Assembly (NCBI GenBank): GCA_040954595.2
Contig: CM082576.2
Span: 15,237,028-15,301,027 of the forward strand
DNA: 64,000 nucleotides
Origin: Balanoglossus misakiensis
Lineage: Eukaryota > Animalia > Hemichordata
Direction of reading: 5' to 3'
A program made the position numbers and the translations under genes. Positions 34,724-49,500 of this stretch are shown here, in pieces. Each line of letters begins with the position of its first letter. Position 1 is the first letter of the stretch. Under the pieces are notes generated by a model that made no database searches, was not told where the DNA came from, and saw nothing but the letters and a program-made list of their open reading frames with translations.

Positions 34724-36867
34724 AGTGATATCTGAATTCCCGCATACAAGAACGAGTGATTCTACTTTGGCGGTTTTGTCAGGTCACCATGTGTAATGTA
34801 GGCCATGTTATGGCCCCTTAACTTTCCGCTTTTTAGAGTTCTTTGTAATACACGTGCAAAGGTGGTGTGTGTCACGCGCAAAGCACCATGGGAGTTCCAA
34901 CATGAGTAAGCGTTCATTTGACTTCCAGCTGGCCTCGAGTACATACGTTAGCAGTGTCTGGACGATCACTTTCTTTGAACCTTTTACGTAGGATATTTTC
35001 GATTTTTGTGCACAGATTTGTACCAAGTTCGTTCTCTGTGATATTTTCGGCTCGATCGCTTGACGTTTTTAACCGTCTATTCAGATCGATGTACTGGCCG
35101 CGGGGCTATGCGCATACGCCAACGGGGCGTAGCTGCATGATGGCCGCCGAGCGTGAAAAGCTTTACCGTAGGCCAACATACCGTTGCAGCTTTTCTATTC
35201 GTTCTATTACAACTCAGTTTTCTTCTCAAATATGTACAGTATTTTTTTTAAAAATCCCACACCACTGACCATATACTGACCACCGCAAATAAAAGAAAAC
35301 CACAAGACTTTTTTACTTTACGCACAATGAGTACAAGAAACCTACATGCATGTTTGTAAATATGTGGTTAGTTACGCAAGTCAAACGGCGCGCGTCCTTA
35401 ACTACCACATAAAAAATCGTATGTAAGTGCTTGAAAGAAAATTTTACTGCCACTGGAATGGTTCTGAAGCGAGCGTAATGTCGTTTGTCTTTTTTTAGGA
35501 ACGTGTTGACTGTTATAGGGTTATTCTAAATTTTAGTATTACAGTAAGTTGCGATCACCACGGCCTTCACATACGGATAGGGATGTGTTAGGCCCCTATG
35601 AGATAGTACAGTTCCTAAATACGGTGAAATCGATAAAATAAAAGGGGCGCTTTGGGGCTCCCATGCAATTTCACACACATTACATAATAGTCTTTCAAAA
35701 TATACACATAACAAAGCTGTGCGCTCGCTGTTTAGTATGCCTGCTAACTTCAAACTACGTCGCCCGAGTACGATCGTTGGCAACAGTACGCCATGATGCC
35801 AGCTGACATACGGAGTGAAAAAACACCAAAAAATCGCGACTCGGAACAAAATCGATAGCACTTTCCTCACAGAACGATGCTAACATACATGAACTTACAA
35901 AAAATCGATTGGTTTTTCGTTCGAACGGAGTTTCCTTTACAAAACCTACGAGAACATAAGTCGATTGCGCACAGAAAGCTACACGCGTGATACTGCTGGG
36001 TCGACCATGTTTTGCTGACTAAGAGCGGGTTAAACCGGAAGTGACGTCGTGACACTCACCACCTTACATGTGCACCTGCACGACACAACGGTGTAAGAGC
36101 CCCTTAACCTCCTACTTTTTCTGTGCACATTTGCAATAACCTTGTCGTGGCAGTGTGTTACCGCTGAAATATTATTGTTGTTCATACATCGGGGAAATTG
36201 TAGCTATGAGGTAACGGGCTCTGACGAGAACATACATACTCATAGACACAGTAAGAAAAGGCGGCGGCTTTAGCTCACATCAATTTGTATTGTCACCCAA
36301 CGGCTAAAACCATAGTTGCAGTGCAGTGCAGTGCAGTGCAGTGCAGTGCAGTGAAGTCAATCAATGGGCGTGGAAGGACCCAGAATCTCCTTAACAAATG
36401 TATTATAAGCATATAAGGTATACGGGGTAAAATAATGGATACGTGTGGTCAAATCGAGCGTTTAAAGTCATCCTTGAATACAAAAAATACAAATGGTCAA
36501 AAGTTTACACATGTTTCCAATGGCGGGTTCTCCGCGACCTATATTCGCTCTTGTAAACGTGCGAGCCAACCAGCTCTTAAACAAAGATGACCCGCAAATG
36601 AACTTTTAACCTTTCGACACAGTTCAGAACAGTACCAAGATCTCCTGTTTTGGTTATCACTAAGAATTTAGTCCATAAACGGATCGGAAACATGGCTCAA
36701 ACACCATATCCGGACTATTTTTGCAAGGGAATCCGTATGATAGCACTCACTTTGGATGCGATTCGGAAATGGAAGTTCGTGACGACGATATATGGGTGGT
36801 TAGCTACCCAAAATCAGGTTAGTTCTCGTGGTGAATAAATTTAATTGCAATATGTGGTATAGACAGA

Positions 36868-36870
36868 GTA

Positions 36871-36921
<51 letters not shown>

Positions 36922-37130
36922 ATGTATGTATGTATGTATGTATGTCTGTGTGTCTGTATGTCTGTATGTATGTATGTATGTATGTATGTATGTATGTATG
37001 TATGTATGTATGTATGTATGTATCATGTATGTGTGTGTGTGTATGTATGTATGTATGTATGTATGTATGTATGTATGTATGTATGTATGTATGTATGTAT
37101 GTATGTATGTATGTATGTATGTGTGTGTGT

Positions 37131-37176
<46 letters not shown>
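36868..37176. repeat. Compound microsatellite (TCTG)n(TATG)n(TG)n
   Basis: Seen directly. Confidence 0.97.
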
Positions 37177-37537
37177 ACCCGGTATGTGTGTGTCAATAAA
37201 GTTATACACATTGACCTAATGAATGATTGGTTGTCCTACATATTTTTTCCTAATTGTACTGCTATCCAAAATGCTATTTTGCATTTTTAAACGAATTAGT
37301 TTACCATTTCCAAACAAGAGTTCTGAGGCACTACCATTTAGGTGTCTGCATTATCAGAAAACTGGTCTGAACTGTCGCATAGGGGTGCATGGCTATAATA
37401 TTTCCAAATCACATTTATGTTTCAGTTACCCCTGACATTTCTATAGCCATTGACAACACATGGTTTTAGTTTACTGGGATAGATTTGAAGCAATCAAATT
37501 CTGATTTTCACATGTTATCTGCTCGTCTTTTGACAGT

Positions 37538-40500
37538 CTATCTGCGTTCTTCCAACATCTCGAACATCTCTTCAATCAATCTGACCATATCGTCTCTTCC
37601 CATGGTGCTGAATATTGCCAACAGATTTTCAAAGTTGCTTTCGAAGACAGGTTCCTTTAAATGTGGATACTTCCGTCTTGTTTTCTGAGTATTCACTTCT
37701 TCAGATGAGCCTAGTTGGGCGGATGATGTTGATGAGTGTGACATTTTTGCTGAACGACCTTTGGAGGTCCCTATGCCAGGTGAGATGGCTCTGGCACCTG
37801 CAGCTGTAGTGGTGTCTTTTCCTCGTCGGAATTGTACGCTTGGGCCTTGTTGTTTAGATGACGGTGACATTTTTGCTGAAGGACCTTTGGAGGTCTCTAT
37901 GTCAGGTGAGATCGCTCTGGCACCTGCAGCTGTAGTGGTGTCTTTTCCTCGTCGGAATTGTACGCTTGGGCCTGGTTGTTTAGATGACGGTGACATTTTT
38001 GCTGAAGGACCTTTGGAGGTCTCTATGTCAGTTGAGATGGCTCTGGCACCTGCAGCTGTAGTTGGGTCTTTTCCTCGTCGGAATTGTACGCTTGGGCCTG
38101 GTTGTTTAGATGACGGTGACATTTTTGCTGAAGAACCTTTGGAGGTCTCTATGTCAGGTGAGATGGCTCTGGCATTTGCAGCTGTAGTGGTGTCTTTTCC
38201 TCGTCGGAATTGTACGCTTGGGCCTGGTTGTTTAGATGACGGTGACATTTTTGCTGAAGGACCTTTGGAGGTCTCTATGTCAGTTGAGATGGCTCTGGCA
38301 CCTGCAGCTGTAGTTGGGTCTTTTCCTCGTCGGAATTGTACGCTTGGGCCTGGTTGTTTAGATGACGGTGACATTTTTGCTGAAGAACCTTTGGAGGTCC
38401 CTATGCCAGGTGAGATGGCTCTGGCACCTGCAGCTGTAGTGGTGTCTTTTCCTCGTCGGAATTGTACGCTTGGGCCTTGTTGTTTAGATGACGGTGACAT
38501 TTTTGCTGAAGGACCTTTGGAGGTCTCTATGTCAGGTGAGATCGCTCTGGCACCTGCAGCTGTAGTGGTGTCTTTTCCTCGTCGGAATTGTACGCTTGGG
38601 CCTGGTTGTTTTGATGACGGTGACATTTTTGCTGAAGAACCTTTGGAGGTCTCTATGTCAGGTGAGATGGCTCTGGCACCTGCAGCTGTAGTTTGGTCTT
38701 TTCCTTGTCGGAATTGTACGCTTGGGCCTGGTTGTTGTGATGACAGTGACATCGTTGCAAAACCACTATCAACATTTTGTGTGTCATGAGACGTGGTCGG
38801 GAATTCTGCAGCTGTAGTTGGGTCTTTTCCTCGTCGGAATTGTACGCTTGGGCCTGGTTGATGTGATGACAGTGACATCGTTGCAAAACCACTATCAACA
38901 TTATGTGTGTCATGAGAAGTGGCCCGGAATTCTGTGGTGTATTTTTCCCTTTGATGACGTTTCTTTTCTGCGGATCTACAACACCACTCTTCAAAGAGAT
39001 ACTCTGCAACTGGTCTGCCTGCCCGACCCGCAATCTCTTCAAATCCCATGGTATCCTGGCACTTAATGCCCATCAAATCTGCCATGCGGCCATAGCTCAG
39101 AGAAGGATCACGTTGAGTGGCCATTCTCCTTGTCAGTTTTCTTCTGGTTTCTTCAAGCATCCATTTGATATCACAGCGTTTCCACTGATGTCGTAAGATT
39201 GTAGTGTCATGACCTTGACAAAGGAGGTCACAAACATCTTCTGCTTCACCAACTTTTATGTTGTACACTTTCTCCCCACAGTCTTCTGCACGTAGCACAT
39301 CATCGAGAGTGTAAAATTGTATTTTTTCTACGTTACTGTGGTTTGCGAGAGAATCTGCACTCAAGATAAGCTGATTTATCCTGTTGCCTGGACATGCGAT
39401 CGAGAAGACATCATGTACTTCTTTGGAAACCATCTCAAGAAGTTTGTAGCCCTCACCAATCGACTTCTTGTCTTTAACTCGTACGCAGACATTGACTGCC
39501 CTCCTGCCATTGGTTATAAAGACAAGACCTTCAACATCATGACACACTTTGATACCATTTCTCCATAAACCACTGGGCGGATGGCCAAGGTTGGTGAAAC
39601 GCTTATATAGACGGGTCTGTAATCTTGGGAAAAAGCCTGCCGTATAGGAATCTGTTGTATCGTGGCATTCGAATCGTCTTCCAAGGTAAATTGTCTTCAC
39701 TTCGCTCTTCTCCCAATGACCTTCAGGCATATCATCGTCTTGAAGCCCTGGTATGACGAAAAGTTTCTCTCCAGTCTTTGTGAGGCCATGTGCATGACAC
39801 AGAAGCTCAAAATCCTCCAGAAGGTCGATGAGAAGTTTGCTGTTTACACGGTCACCAAGTACATCTTCTATCTGATCCATCGTCTGAAAGCAATCTCTCT
39901 TGAATCTGGAACTGAACTGTGCAAATAAAGGGGTAGCCAACATTGGTCCAAATATCCTGTAACACAACCAGTTTGGATCCAATACCACGACATCTTCTCT
40001 TTCCGAAGATGACTTCTTCACAAACAAAAGCTATACAAAAGAAAAGAAACATTTTGATACATGAACATTTTCATGTTGCACATTAATGTATGCCCATTTG
40101 AATAGTTTAATCTTAAAGTCCCCAAGGCTACGACTGCAGGGATCCGGTGTCATCTTAAAATAATGTTTGGTAATTTTGCGATATTATTATAATTAAAGAA
40201 ATATTGGGGACCCAAAACAACAAGCAATTACAGTCATACAATGTGACAATAATACATTATAAAATACCATTGCGGATTTCTGAAGAGAAAATAATTTGTA
40301 ACTCATGGAAATATCACATTCACTCAGCTAAGTATTTGTATTGAAAGAGAATGGATAAGCAATGTGGTGTTATGACACAACTTCATGACCTCTGCAGGCG
40401 ATCTGTGCCGTACAGAAGTTATTTTCATGCGTGATGGGGTGTATTCTGCCGCTGTATTTTCGCGAGCGTAGCAAGTGAAAATAACTTCTGTACGGCACAG

Positions 40501-43500
40501 ATCGCACGCAGAGGTCATGAAGTTCTGTTATGATTGCTTATGTTTTCGCAGATTTGACGAAAATCTGAGTTTCGATCGCGGCGTATTGATTTTCATTACA
40601 GTAATGCGCCAGAGTCTATGCAACCCAGAGATGGCCGCTCATTGGACAAAATGACGCAACCTTTGTTATGCAAAGTAGGGTCAAGTCGGGTCTTTTTATC
40701 GGTGATGCAGCAGTAAATTTTTAAAATACTGGTGATAACGAGTTTTTTTTTCGCAATTTTTGAGGTTCCAAAACATACTGACAATCAAATGGTCTCTTAC
40801 TCTGACAATAGTTGGGAAAGATAGTAAAAGAACGTGCAAGAAAGTTGAAAAATGTCCATGTTTCGGCGATCATGTTTGGTCATTCATCAGGGGTTTACCT
40901 GAGGTCGCGAGATCGCAGCAATAAATTTTGAAACACTGGCGATAGCGAGATATTTTCGTAATTTTGGACGTTCCCAAACATTACGTGCCAGAATGTTATA
41001 AAATCCCTGCATTTCGGCGATCATAAGCTGTTTACAAACAGAACGTAGTCCCACTTGCTTACTCATTTGCATAAATAGCCATGAAATACCAACAAAAATT
41101 ATTTAATGGCATGTGACTAATTTGCATAGTTATTTCATGGCTTTTAATAATCTCAATCCACTCTATATGTGAGTTTTGACATGTTATACGTGGGGTTTGA
41201 TATAAATATCAAGAACAAAACTAACCAAGTGTAAAATAGAACTTTCTTGTCAATAGTTTATTCAACAAATGATCCGAAAAATTGAATTTTGAAAGGGACT
41301 ATTTTTCTTCATTCTCACAGTACAATGAGAGGTAATATCAAAGTTATGTAGTAGTGAACCACAGAATAATCTGCAGTACATATGTAATAATTCTTGTTAC
41401 TGACCTCTCCTATGTCATGCAAATAGTTTGTGGCTTTTTGTAAGAAACTTTCGTCAATCGTGGGGTATACTTCTTTGATTCCTGCCACATATTCTGTCCA
41501 ATAAAGAGCTGGGAAGTCATCATATAATTCCCTTTTCTTTTCCATTATCTTGGTACACACGCTTGGAAGTGTTTTTACTGTCTAAAAATTGATAAGAAAT
41601 ATTATTATTTAATAACAGCATAACTTGTCAAGCAAGTCTCACAAGTGATGAATAAAACACAAGAAGGTAATCACGTATTTATCAATGTGACTATGTTATG
41701 TTACGGTAACCACATTTTCCTTCAATTAAGCTACATTTTGAAACAGTTCATATTTTGGTGGCTCCTAAAATTGGATAAATATGTAACCTAATCATTTGCA
41801 AGTGGTGCTTATAAGCAAGGGTTATCAAACAGACATTGGTAGTATGTTGCCAACACTTTGAGTCTGTGCATTTTTTCAAGGTGGAGGCAAGAAACTGAAT
41901 CTTGTAATAGTATGGTAACGTTAATAGTGTGTTTGTGTGTTTATAAAGGTAGAACAATTCAGAGGCAATACTGACAACAGCAAAATATTACCTTTTTCTG
42001 GTGTAAACAGGCGCGGACTTGCTTCATTTTACTGTCTGTAGAATCACAGCAATTCACCAGAAATATGGCACTCACTATGTCTAAATAATCTTGAAACATT
42101 TCCTGTGCTCTTGTCAGAACTTCGTCTAGCATATGACGAGCTATGAAATTACAAAAAAGTAGAAAAAGTAGAAAGTAAGGCATAAAGTTCAGCCGTGAAA
42201 GTTTTCCTTAATGACAGCTATCTAGTGCTTAAAATGGACATCATAATAGCTGTTTTTCAAACTTTGACAAATCCAACAACAATACATGTAATTCTTCTCA
42301 CAAATCAACACATGTTACATACCAGTACATGTTATATTATAAGCTTGAAATTGTACATTATATGTATGTGCATGAGCTGACAACACCAACCTAGAGCCAT
42401 ATCAACTCTCTTCAACTGATCAGCTCGACTTGCAACCAATATCACCACTGGTTTCTTGTATCCTTCACCTGGCTCACTGAATGAATAGCTGTCCATGTGG
42501 GTTGTTCCTTTCAGAAACCGTAACCAAAACAAAATCTACAAATGAGAATATTTGTATAATGAAATATTATATTAATTTTGAGGCCAATTAAAATGGATCA
42601 TGAATTTGAGATTATAATTCAAGAAAAGTGTGATATTTTGGGAATTGTCAGTTTCTTCAGCCTTGCGATCTGGAAAGTGATAGATGATGCATAGCTGTGG
42701 TACGCAGCTGTACCATTGGGGGGGGGGGGCTGATTACCCCACGAACAACTGCGGGATGACTCCCATACTAAACGTGCAGTTGCACCGCAGCGACTTGTGT
42801 AGGAACATTTGAACGGCAACAGAAAACAAACTGAGCGTAATTCAATAAAACGCCTTATACAAGCCTGAACCCTGATTATTTTTGGTCCCAAAACTCCTTT
42901 TGTGAAAAAAAATCACTGGTATGTTTACGTATTTCAGCCGATTTTCCAAGGAGTACTACTCGCTGGAAGTGACTGCCATTGATATGCTAATAAGACCTCG
43001 CACAACAGAAGTGAGTGAGGCCTGAGGGTCAAAGTCTGCGCGCTGCGGAGTGTTAACCCATGTACTCGGGGGTCATCCCGCAGCTGTCCGTTGGGTAATC
43101 AGCTCCCCCCCCCCAAACAGTACAGCTGCGTACCACAGCTAGATGATGCAATACATTGGATTTCCAGTCTCATGCATATTTAGTTAATTTACTGTGAAGG
43201 TTCTTACCTCCTTAAACACACTTTTAAAGGTGCTGAGTTTACCATTCTCGTCTGTAGCTTTGAACACCAATATAGAGACAGCATTGGGTGCTCCAAGAAA
43301 CATGTTATGAGTGACGTAATACTCAGGCTGGCCAGCAAAATCCCAAACACTAACATCTCCTACGTCAGGAATATGAACACTTTGGACATCAATACCAGGC
43401 GTGGGAATGTGTTCACTTTCTTGAGATTCCAGAGTTGTTTCTTCAGTCTTTGATATAGGGAGAGTGAAAGAAAAAAATTCTAATTATTGTACACAAGTTT

Positions 43501-46500
43501 TCTATCTTTATGTATGATGCATACTTGCTTGTGAATTATAAAATTGTACAAAACTTCTAAATTGTAAGTGCACAATATGTTTGCAAAGTGGTCCAATATC
43601 GCTGTTGTATACAAAAGCATACCAGTGCAATGTGTGACTACAACATTTCCTTTTCAGGGGCCATGGATAATCAACACACACACACACAAACACAAACACA
43701 CAAACAAACAAAAAAAACGAAGAAAAAATGAAATATAACCTCAACCCCTCTGTCATACAATGATTGGAAAAACGAAAATGATATGATCAGAAGTGTTTAT
43801 CCTGTGAATTCCACAATTCCAGCACTAAATATCTTCAAAAACAACAAAATTTCACCAACTATGTCTATATTAAATTGTCTGTATTCGCACCTGTAGTAGT
43901 TTTCTTACATGCACCTGCATACATACGATATGAATGTCATGGCTTACTAGAACTGTTACGCAAAACAATAATACAAACATACGCGAGTTTTGCAACAGAT
44001 GGAAACTTCAAGTTAACAAAGACAAAACCAAGATCCTAGTATTCCGTAAAGGGGGCATAATGCAAAGAGTGAAGTGTGGAAAATGAATGGAAAGACTCTA
44101 GAGGTTGTGACATCATATAAGTATCTTGGATTATTGCTATCGTGTAGAAACAAGTGGGGCAAAGCTGTATGTAATCTGGCTGCTCAAGCACGGAAAGCTA
44201 TGTTTTTAATTTTTAAATTTGAACGTAAAGCTGGTACGATAAAAAGGGATGTATATTTTAAACTTTTTGATACACTGATACTGCCAATATTATTGTATGG
44301 AGCTGATATTTGGGGATACAAAAAGCATATGGAGATAGAAAGAGTCCATTTAAGCAGTATATGGCGAATGTGGTAGATATCCACTTTATTTAAATTCAGT
44401 CATAAAATGTATTAAATACTGGTTGCGTCTCACTGAACTCACAGATGACAGGATGGCTGCGCATGCGTACAAATTGTTGTTTACAATGGATGAAAATGGA
44501 CACACATCATGGGCTACAGAGATTAAGCATATTCTTTATTCATATGGGTTTGGCATTGTCTGGTTATCACAAAGGGTGGGAGATATTTCATCTTTTATAA
44601 GTGAGTTTAAACAACTTCTTTCCGATGTTTACAAACAAGAGTGGTACAGTGAAGTATGTACAAAAGACAGGCTTCGTACATATCGTAATTTTAAAAGCAT
44701 GCTTGAACCAGAAAAATACATCTATGAAATTACAGTCAAAATATAGACATGCACTAGCTCGAAGGAGATGTTCATGTCTTGGTTTAAGAGTCCAGGAAGG
44801 CAGCTATGCCAACATTGACTTTGAAGACAGAATCTGTGAAATATGTACAGGAGGTGTTGAGGATGAATTTCAAGTAATATTTTTATGCCCATTGTATCAA
44901 AGCTTAAGATATTTATTACCACATGACAACTCTGAGTCTCTTTACGAAGAGAAATGTTTAACACTGATGAGCTCAAAGTCGCCGACAGTGTTAAGAAATC
45001 TTGGCAAATTTGTCCATAAAACCATGATTTTGAGAAAAGAATTTTTCATGGAAACTTGAAGGAGACCTATTGTTTCTTTTTTGTTGTTGCTGTATTTCGT
45101 TCTGTAATATCTTATCATGTAGTTGTCATATTGGCCGGTGGCCTAAAAGACAAATAAACATTATAACAATACAAACATACCATCTGCAGTGACTTCAACA
45201 GTGAAGTCTTACCAACTCCACCATCTCCAGCGAAGAACAACTTAAAAGTGTCACATTCCATACCTGATTCGTTCATCAGGTCACTATACTCATCTCGTTT
45301 CTTGTACGTTGAATAAAAGAAATCATAAAAATACATGAATTAAGTAGCAAATTATTACATTGATATTTACAGACACTATTAATTCAGGATACATTAGAAT
45401 TTGCACATTTCTGGTTATATATTATTCATGACAAAAGAAAAAAAATAGCGTCAAGGACAGTGTGGTCCCATTTGTGGATTATGCGGAAACAGTGACACAC
45501 CAGAATAAAAATTACAGGTGACATTGCAAGCAGATATGATCTTACGATATAGAAATATGGAATTTAAAAAAATTAACAAGGAACATGCCCAATAAACTGT
45601 CATGTGTCATGGCAGTCTTACAAGTGGTGCTAGAAAAAAATGACCAAAAATTGTCTGTACAAACACATATAAGAAGCAACTTCTTTCAGTCAGCCCTGGA
45701 ACAGACAGACAGACAGACACTGACCTGCCACTGGTAATTAAAAATTTAATAGCCGGTGGTCTCTGTAACAGCTGGCCTATTAAAGTTGTGTAAACATGTC
45801 TAAGTTGGCTAAAAGCAGATTTAAAAAGTAAAGTTTGAACATTTGATTTAAAAACTTATAAGTTTGGTGCCTGAATTTGGTGTCTGTATCAGAATCGAAT
45901 AAAAGTTGCACATATACATGTATGTGTTATGAAACTTTATCCTAAATGTCAAAGCAATGAGAGAAAAACAAATTTCAAAGCAATCCAACAAGCAGTTTCA
46001 GAGAAAATATTTGTTCAAAAGTGGCAAAAACACAAATATGCAAATATCACCAACATTGTACAATATCTTACTTCAATCACTACAAGGAACATGCTGCCAA
46101 AGTTCAATGCAATATGTCAAGCGGTTTCAGAGAAAACAATTTTTACAACATATTACTTAAGAAGCACATCCAAACCCAAGTGAACAAAGCCAATAAAATT
46201 GTTGGACTCATCAGGAGAACTTTTAACTATCTCAATAACGACATTTTCAAGCTACTATTTATAGCTTTAGTTCGCCCTATTCTGGAATATGGCGGTTGTG
46301 TGTGGAATCCGCATAAAGCAAAGGATATTGACTGTATTGAGAACGTTCAACGCAGAGCAACTAAACTGCTGCCCGGACTCAAAAATATTTCTTATGAAGA
46401 ACGTCTCAAGTTACTTGATCTGCCATCACTTTCATATCGAAGACTACGTGGCGACCTCATTGAAACTTTCAAAATCTTGAGTGGCGTTTATGACTGCCGA

Positions 46501-49500
46501 GTATCGGAAGGACTATTCAGTCTCAGTTTGCACAAACACACCAGAGGTCATCCGTTGAAAGTTGACATAGGACACTGCAAACTGAACACTAGAAGAAATT
46601 TTTTCACAAATAGGATAGCTGCAATCTGGAACAACCTACCAGCCCAAGTTGTCACCGCAAACTCTGTGAACACCTTCAAGAATCGTCTTGACATTTTTCT
46701 GGCAACACAGCCAATGAAATACAACTACTCCGAACCCTACATCATGCAAACCAGATCGGACAAAACTACCTCCACAATGGAATGATATGGAGCTGAATAT
46801 AGAGGCTCACAAGCCTGCGTTCAGTACCTGCCTAACCTAACCTAACCTACTTAGGTTACCCCTACGAACATGCCTACCAAATTGCAAAGCAATCTGACAT
46901 GCGGTTTTAAAGAAAAAATATAGCTGCAAGCAGTAATAGCGAGCCCAAGCCAACATAGCACATAGCAACATAGCAATAAGCATATCTGTTCTGGATGCCA
47001 AGATATGATAAAGTAGGTCAAAGGTCACCTGAGGTCATGCAAAATTTGGGCAAGAAATTTTGATCCTATACTGGTCCATGTTCAACAAAAACCAAACCTA
47101 TAGCCCTATTGGTTAGCCTGGAATTAGGTATGCACATAATTAATGAGATATGCAGGTGTCACAGGTGACCCCCAATTTTGGCCTTTTCAATTTTAGTCCC
47201 AACCCTCCAAACGCCAAGTCTGTACCTGCTCTGGATGCCTAGATATGATAAAGTAGGCCAAAGGTCGCCTGAGGTTATGCAAAATTTGGGCAAGAAATTT
47301 TGACCTTATACTGGTCCATGTTCAACAAAAACCAAACTTATAGCCCTATTGGTTAGCCTGGAATTAGGTATGCACATAATTAATGAGATATGCAGGTGTC
47401 ACAGGTGACCCCCCAATTTTGGCTTTTCAATTTTAGTCCCAACCCTCCGAACGCCAAGTCTGTACCTGCTCTGGATGCCAAGATATGGTAAAGTAGGTCA
47501 AAGGTCACCTGAGGTCATGCAAAATTTGGGCAAGAAATTTTGACACTATACTGGTCCATGTTCAACAAAAACCAAACCTATAGCCCTATTGGTTAGCCTG
47601 GAATTAGGTATGCACATAATTAATGAGATATGCAGGTGTCACAAGTGACCCATATTTTGGCTTTTCAATTTTAGTCCCAACCCTCCTAACGCCAAGTCTG
47701 TACCTGCTCTGGATGCCGAGATATAGGAAAGTAGGTCAAAGGTCACCTGAGGTCACCCAAAATTTGGGCAAGAAATTTTGACACTATACTGGTCCATGTT
47801 CAACAAAAACCAAACCTATAGCCCTATTGGTTAGCCTGGAATTAGGTATGCACATAATTAATGAGATATGCAGGTGTCACAAGTGACCCATATTTTGGCT
47901 TTTCAATTTTAGTCCCAACCCTCCTAACGCCAAGTCTGTACCTGCTCTGGATGCCGAGATATAGGAAAGTAGGTCAAAGGTCACCTGAGGTCACCCAAAA
48001 TTTGGGCAAGAAATTTTGACCCTATACTGGTCCATGTCCCACAAGAACGAAACCTCTAGCCCTATTAGTTAGCCCGGAATTAGCTTTGCACAAATTAATG
48101 TGTTAAGCAGGTGTTACAGGTGAGCCCAAAAATTTGCCTTTTATTTTGGCCCCATTGTGCTCACTAACCAATAGACAGTCACTGTACAGGACTATTGCAC
48201 AGACCAGAATTCCACAATAAGACGTGGACATAGCTTAACCATAGATGTATAAGTAAAGGTATAAATTTAATAAAAAAACAAAAAAATTCATAAAAAATAA
48301 AACATCCATGATATTAACTTAACACTTACAGGTCGATGTGAGGTTGACATAAGGTACATGCATACCAATTTTTAAAGCAATCTGACCAGTAGTTGTTGAC
48401 TTTCAGAGTTTTGATAAATTTCACATTTTACAGGCTAATTTGCATATTTTGGGGCCTGGCAACTTCGTTTGAACAAACTCCCATCTACAGCCCTGCCTGC
48501 ATCTGCACACCAAATATCAAGGTGATACGCGCAGCGGTTTTCAAGTTTTTGGACGGACATACAGACATACATACATACATCCATACATACATCCATACAT
48601 ACATACAGACGCAACCGATCCCATAAGGTCCCATGGTATATAGGCCTATACCAATGGGACCTAATTACACTCACCCTGATGTAATCCAATAGCACATCCG
48701 TAACAAACTTTCCTCTAGCATCATCAAGTGGTGTCTTTCCGGTCTAAGTTTTATGGGGATAAAAGAAGTAACTGTCAATTATGATGTTGATATTGATAAG
48801 ATAATACCGTACTTTTATTAAATACTGTAACAACAGGTAACCAATTGATAATTCAAAGTTCAATTTCAAAAAGAAATTTAACTCAATTTTAATTTCAATT
48901 TTTCATTCAGAGAATGACCATGTTCAATAGTAAACAAAACTTTCACCCAATTGATTTGATTAGACGATAGCTTCTGTGACATTGAAACTTTTACAATTGC
49001 CAGATAATTTCCAATGATACCATCACATTTCTAGTATGTAGACAACTACCAGAGAAATGAAAAGGAAAATAAAGAGTATCATCATAATTCATCATTAATA
49101 AATTACAACTGGTTCCCTGTCTCCATAAAATTTCAGAAAGCCAATCAAAAACCATAAGAAAGTCAGTGTTAGGATTGGCATCATCATGTTGAGTCAAAGG
49201 AACATGTATTACATCTCTCAAAACGCCATCCCTGAGGATATTTGTATATATCCTACTCCAATTTATCAAAAACTATAATGGGAATGTACTACCGTATATG
49301 TTGAATATATGGCATCAACTTCATACTGTTTTATGAGTGTTTTGTTGAAACTGTTTGATAAAATTGTACAACTACAAACTAAATTTCAAATTTAATGGTG
49401 GTGAAGATTCGATCAACTTTAAATTGGGAGTTTATAATCAGAATGCATGGTGTCAGTTTCATGGAATAAAAATACTGCAATAGCAATAGAAGATTGTACC

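Noticed and set aside
34800-36800. CpG-richer block with several 60-116-aa ORFs upstream of FMO
   Set aside because: No protein motif or matching element ends could be established.
36828-37290. Cluster of 60-123-aa ORFs (MYVC/HTYI repeats)
   Set aside because: Translations of a microsatellite.
37761-38789. 342-aa plus-strand ORF
   Set aside because: Antisense shadow of the 126-bp coding repeat: one stop-free unit repeated gives a long ORF automatically.
46830-46850. (CCTAA)n as an interstitial telomere
   Set aside because: Only 3-4 units, positioned as the 3' tail of the CR1 fragment.
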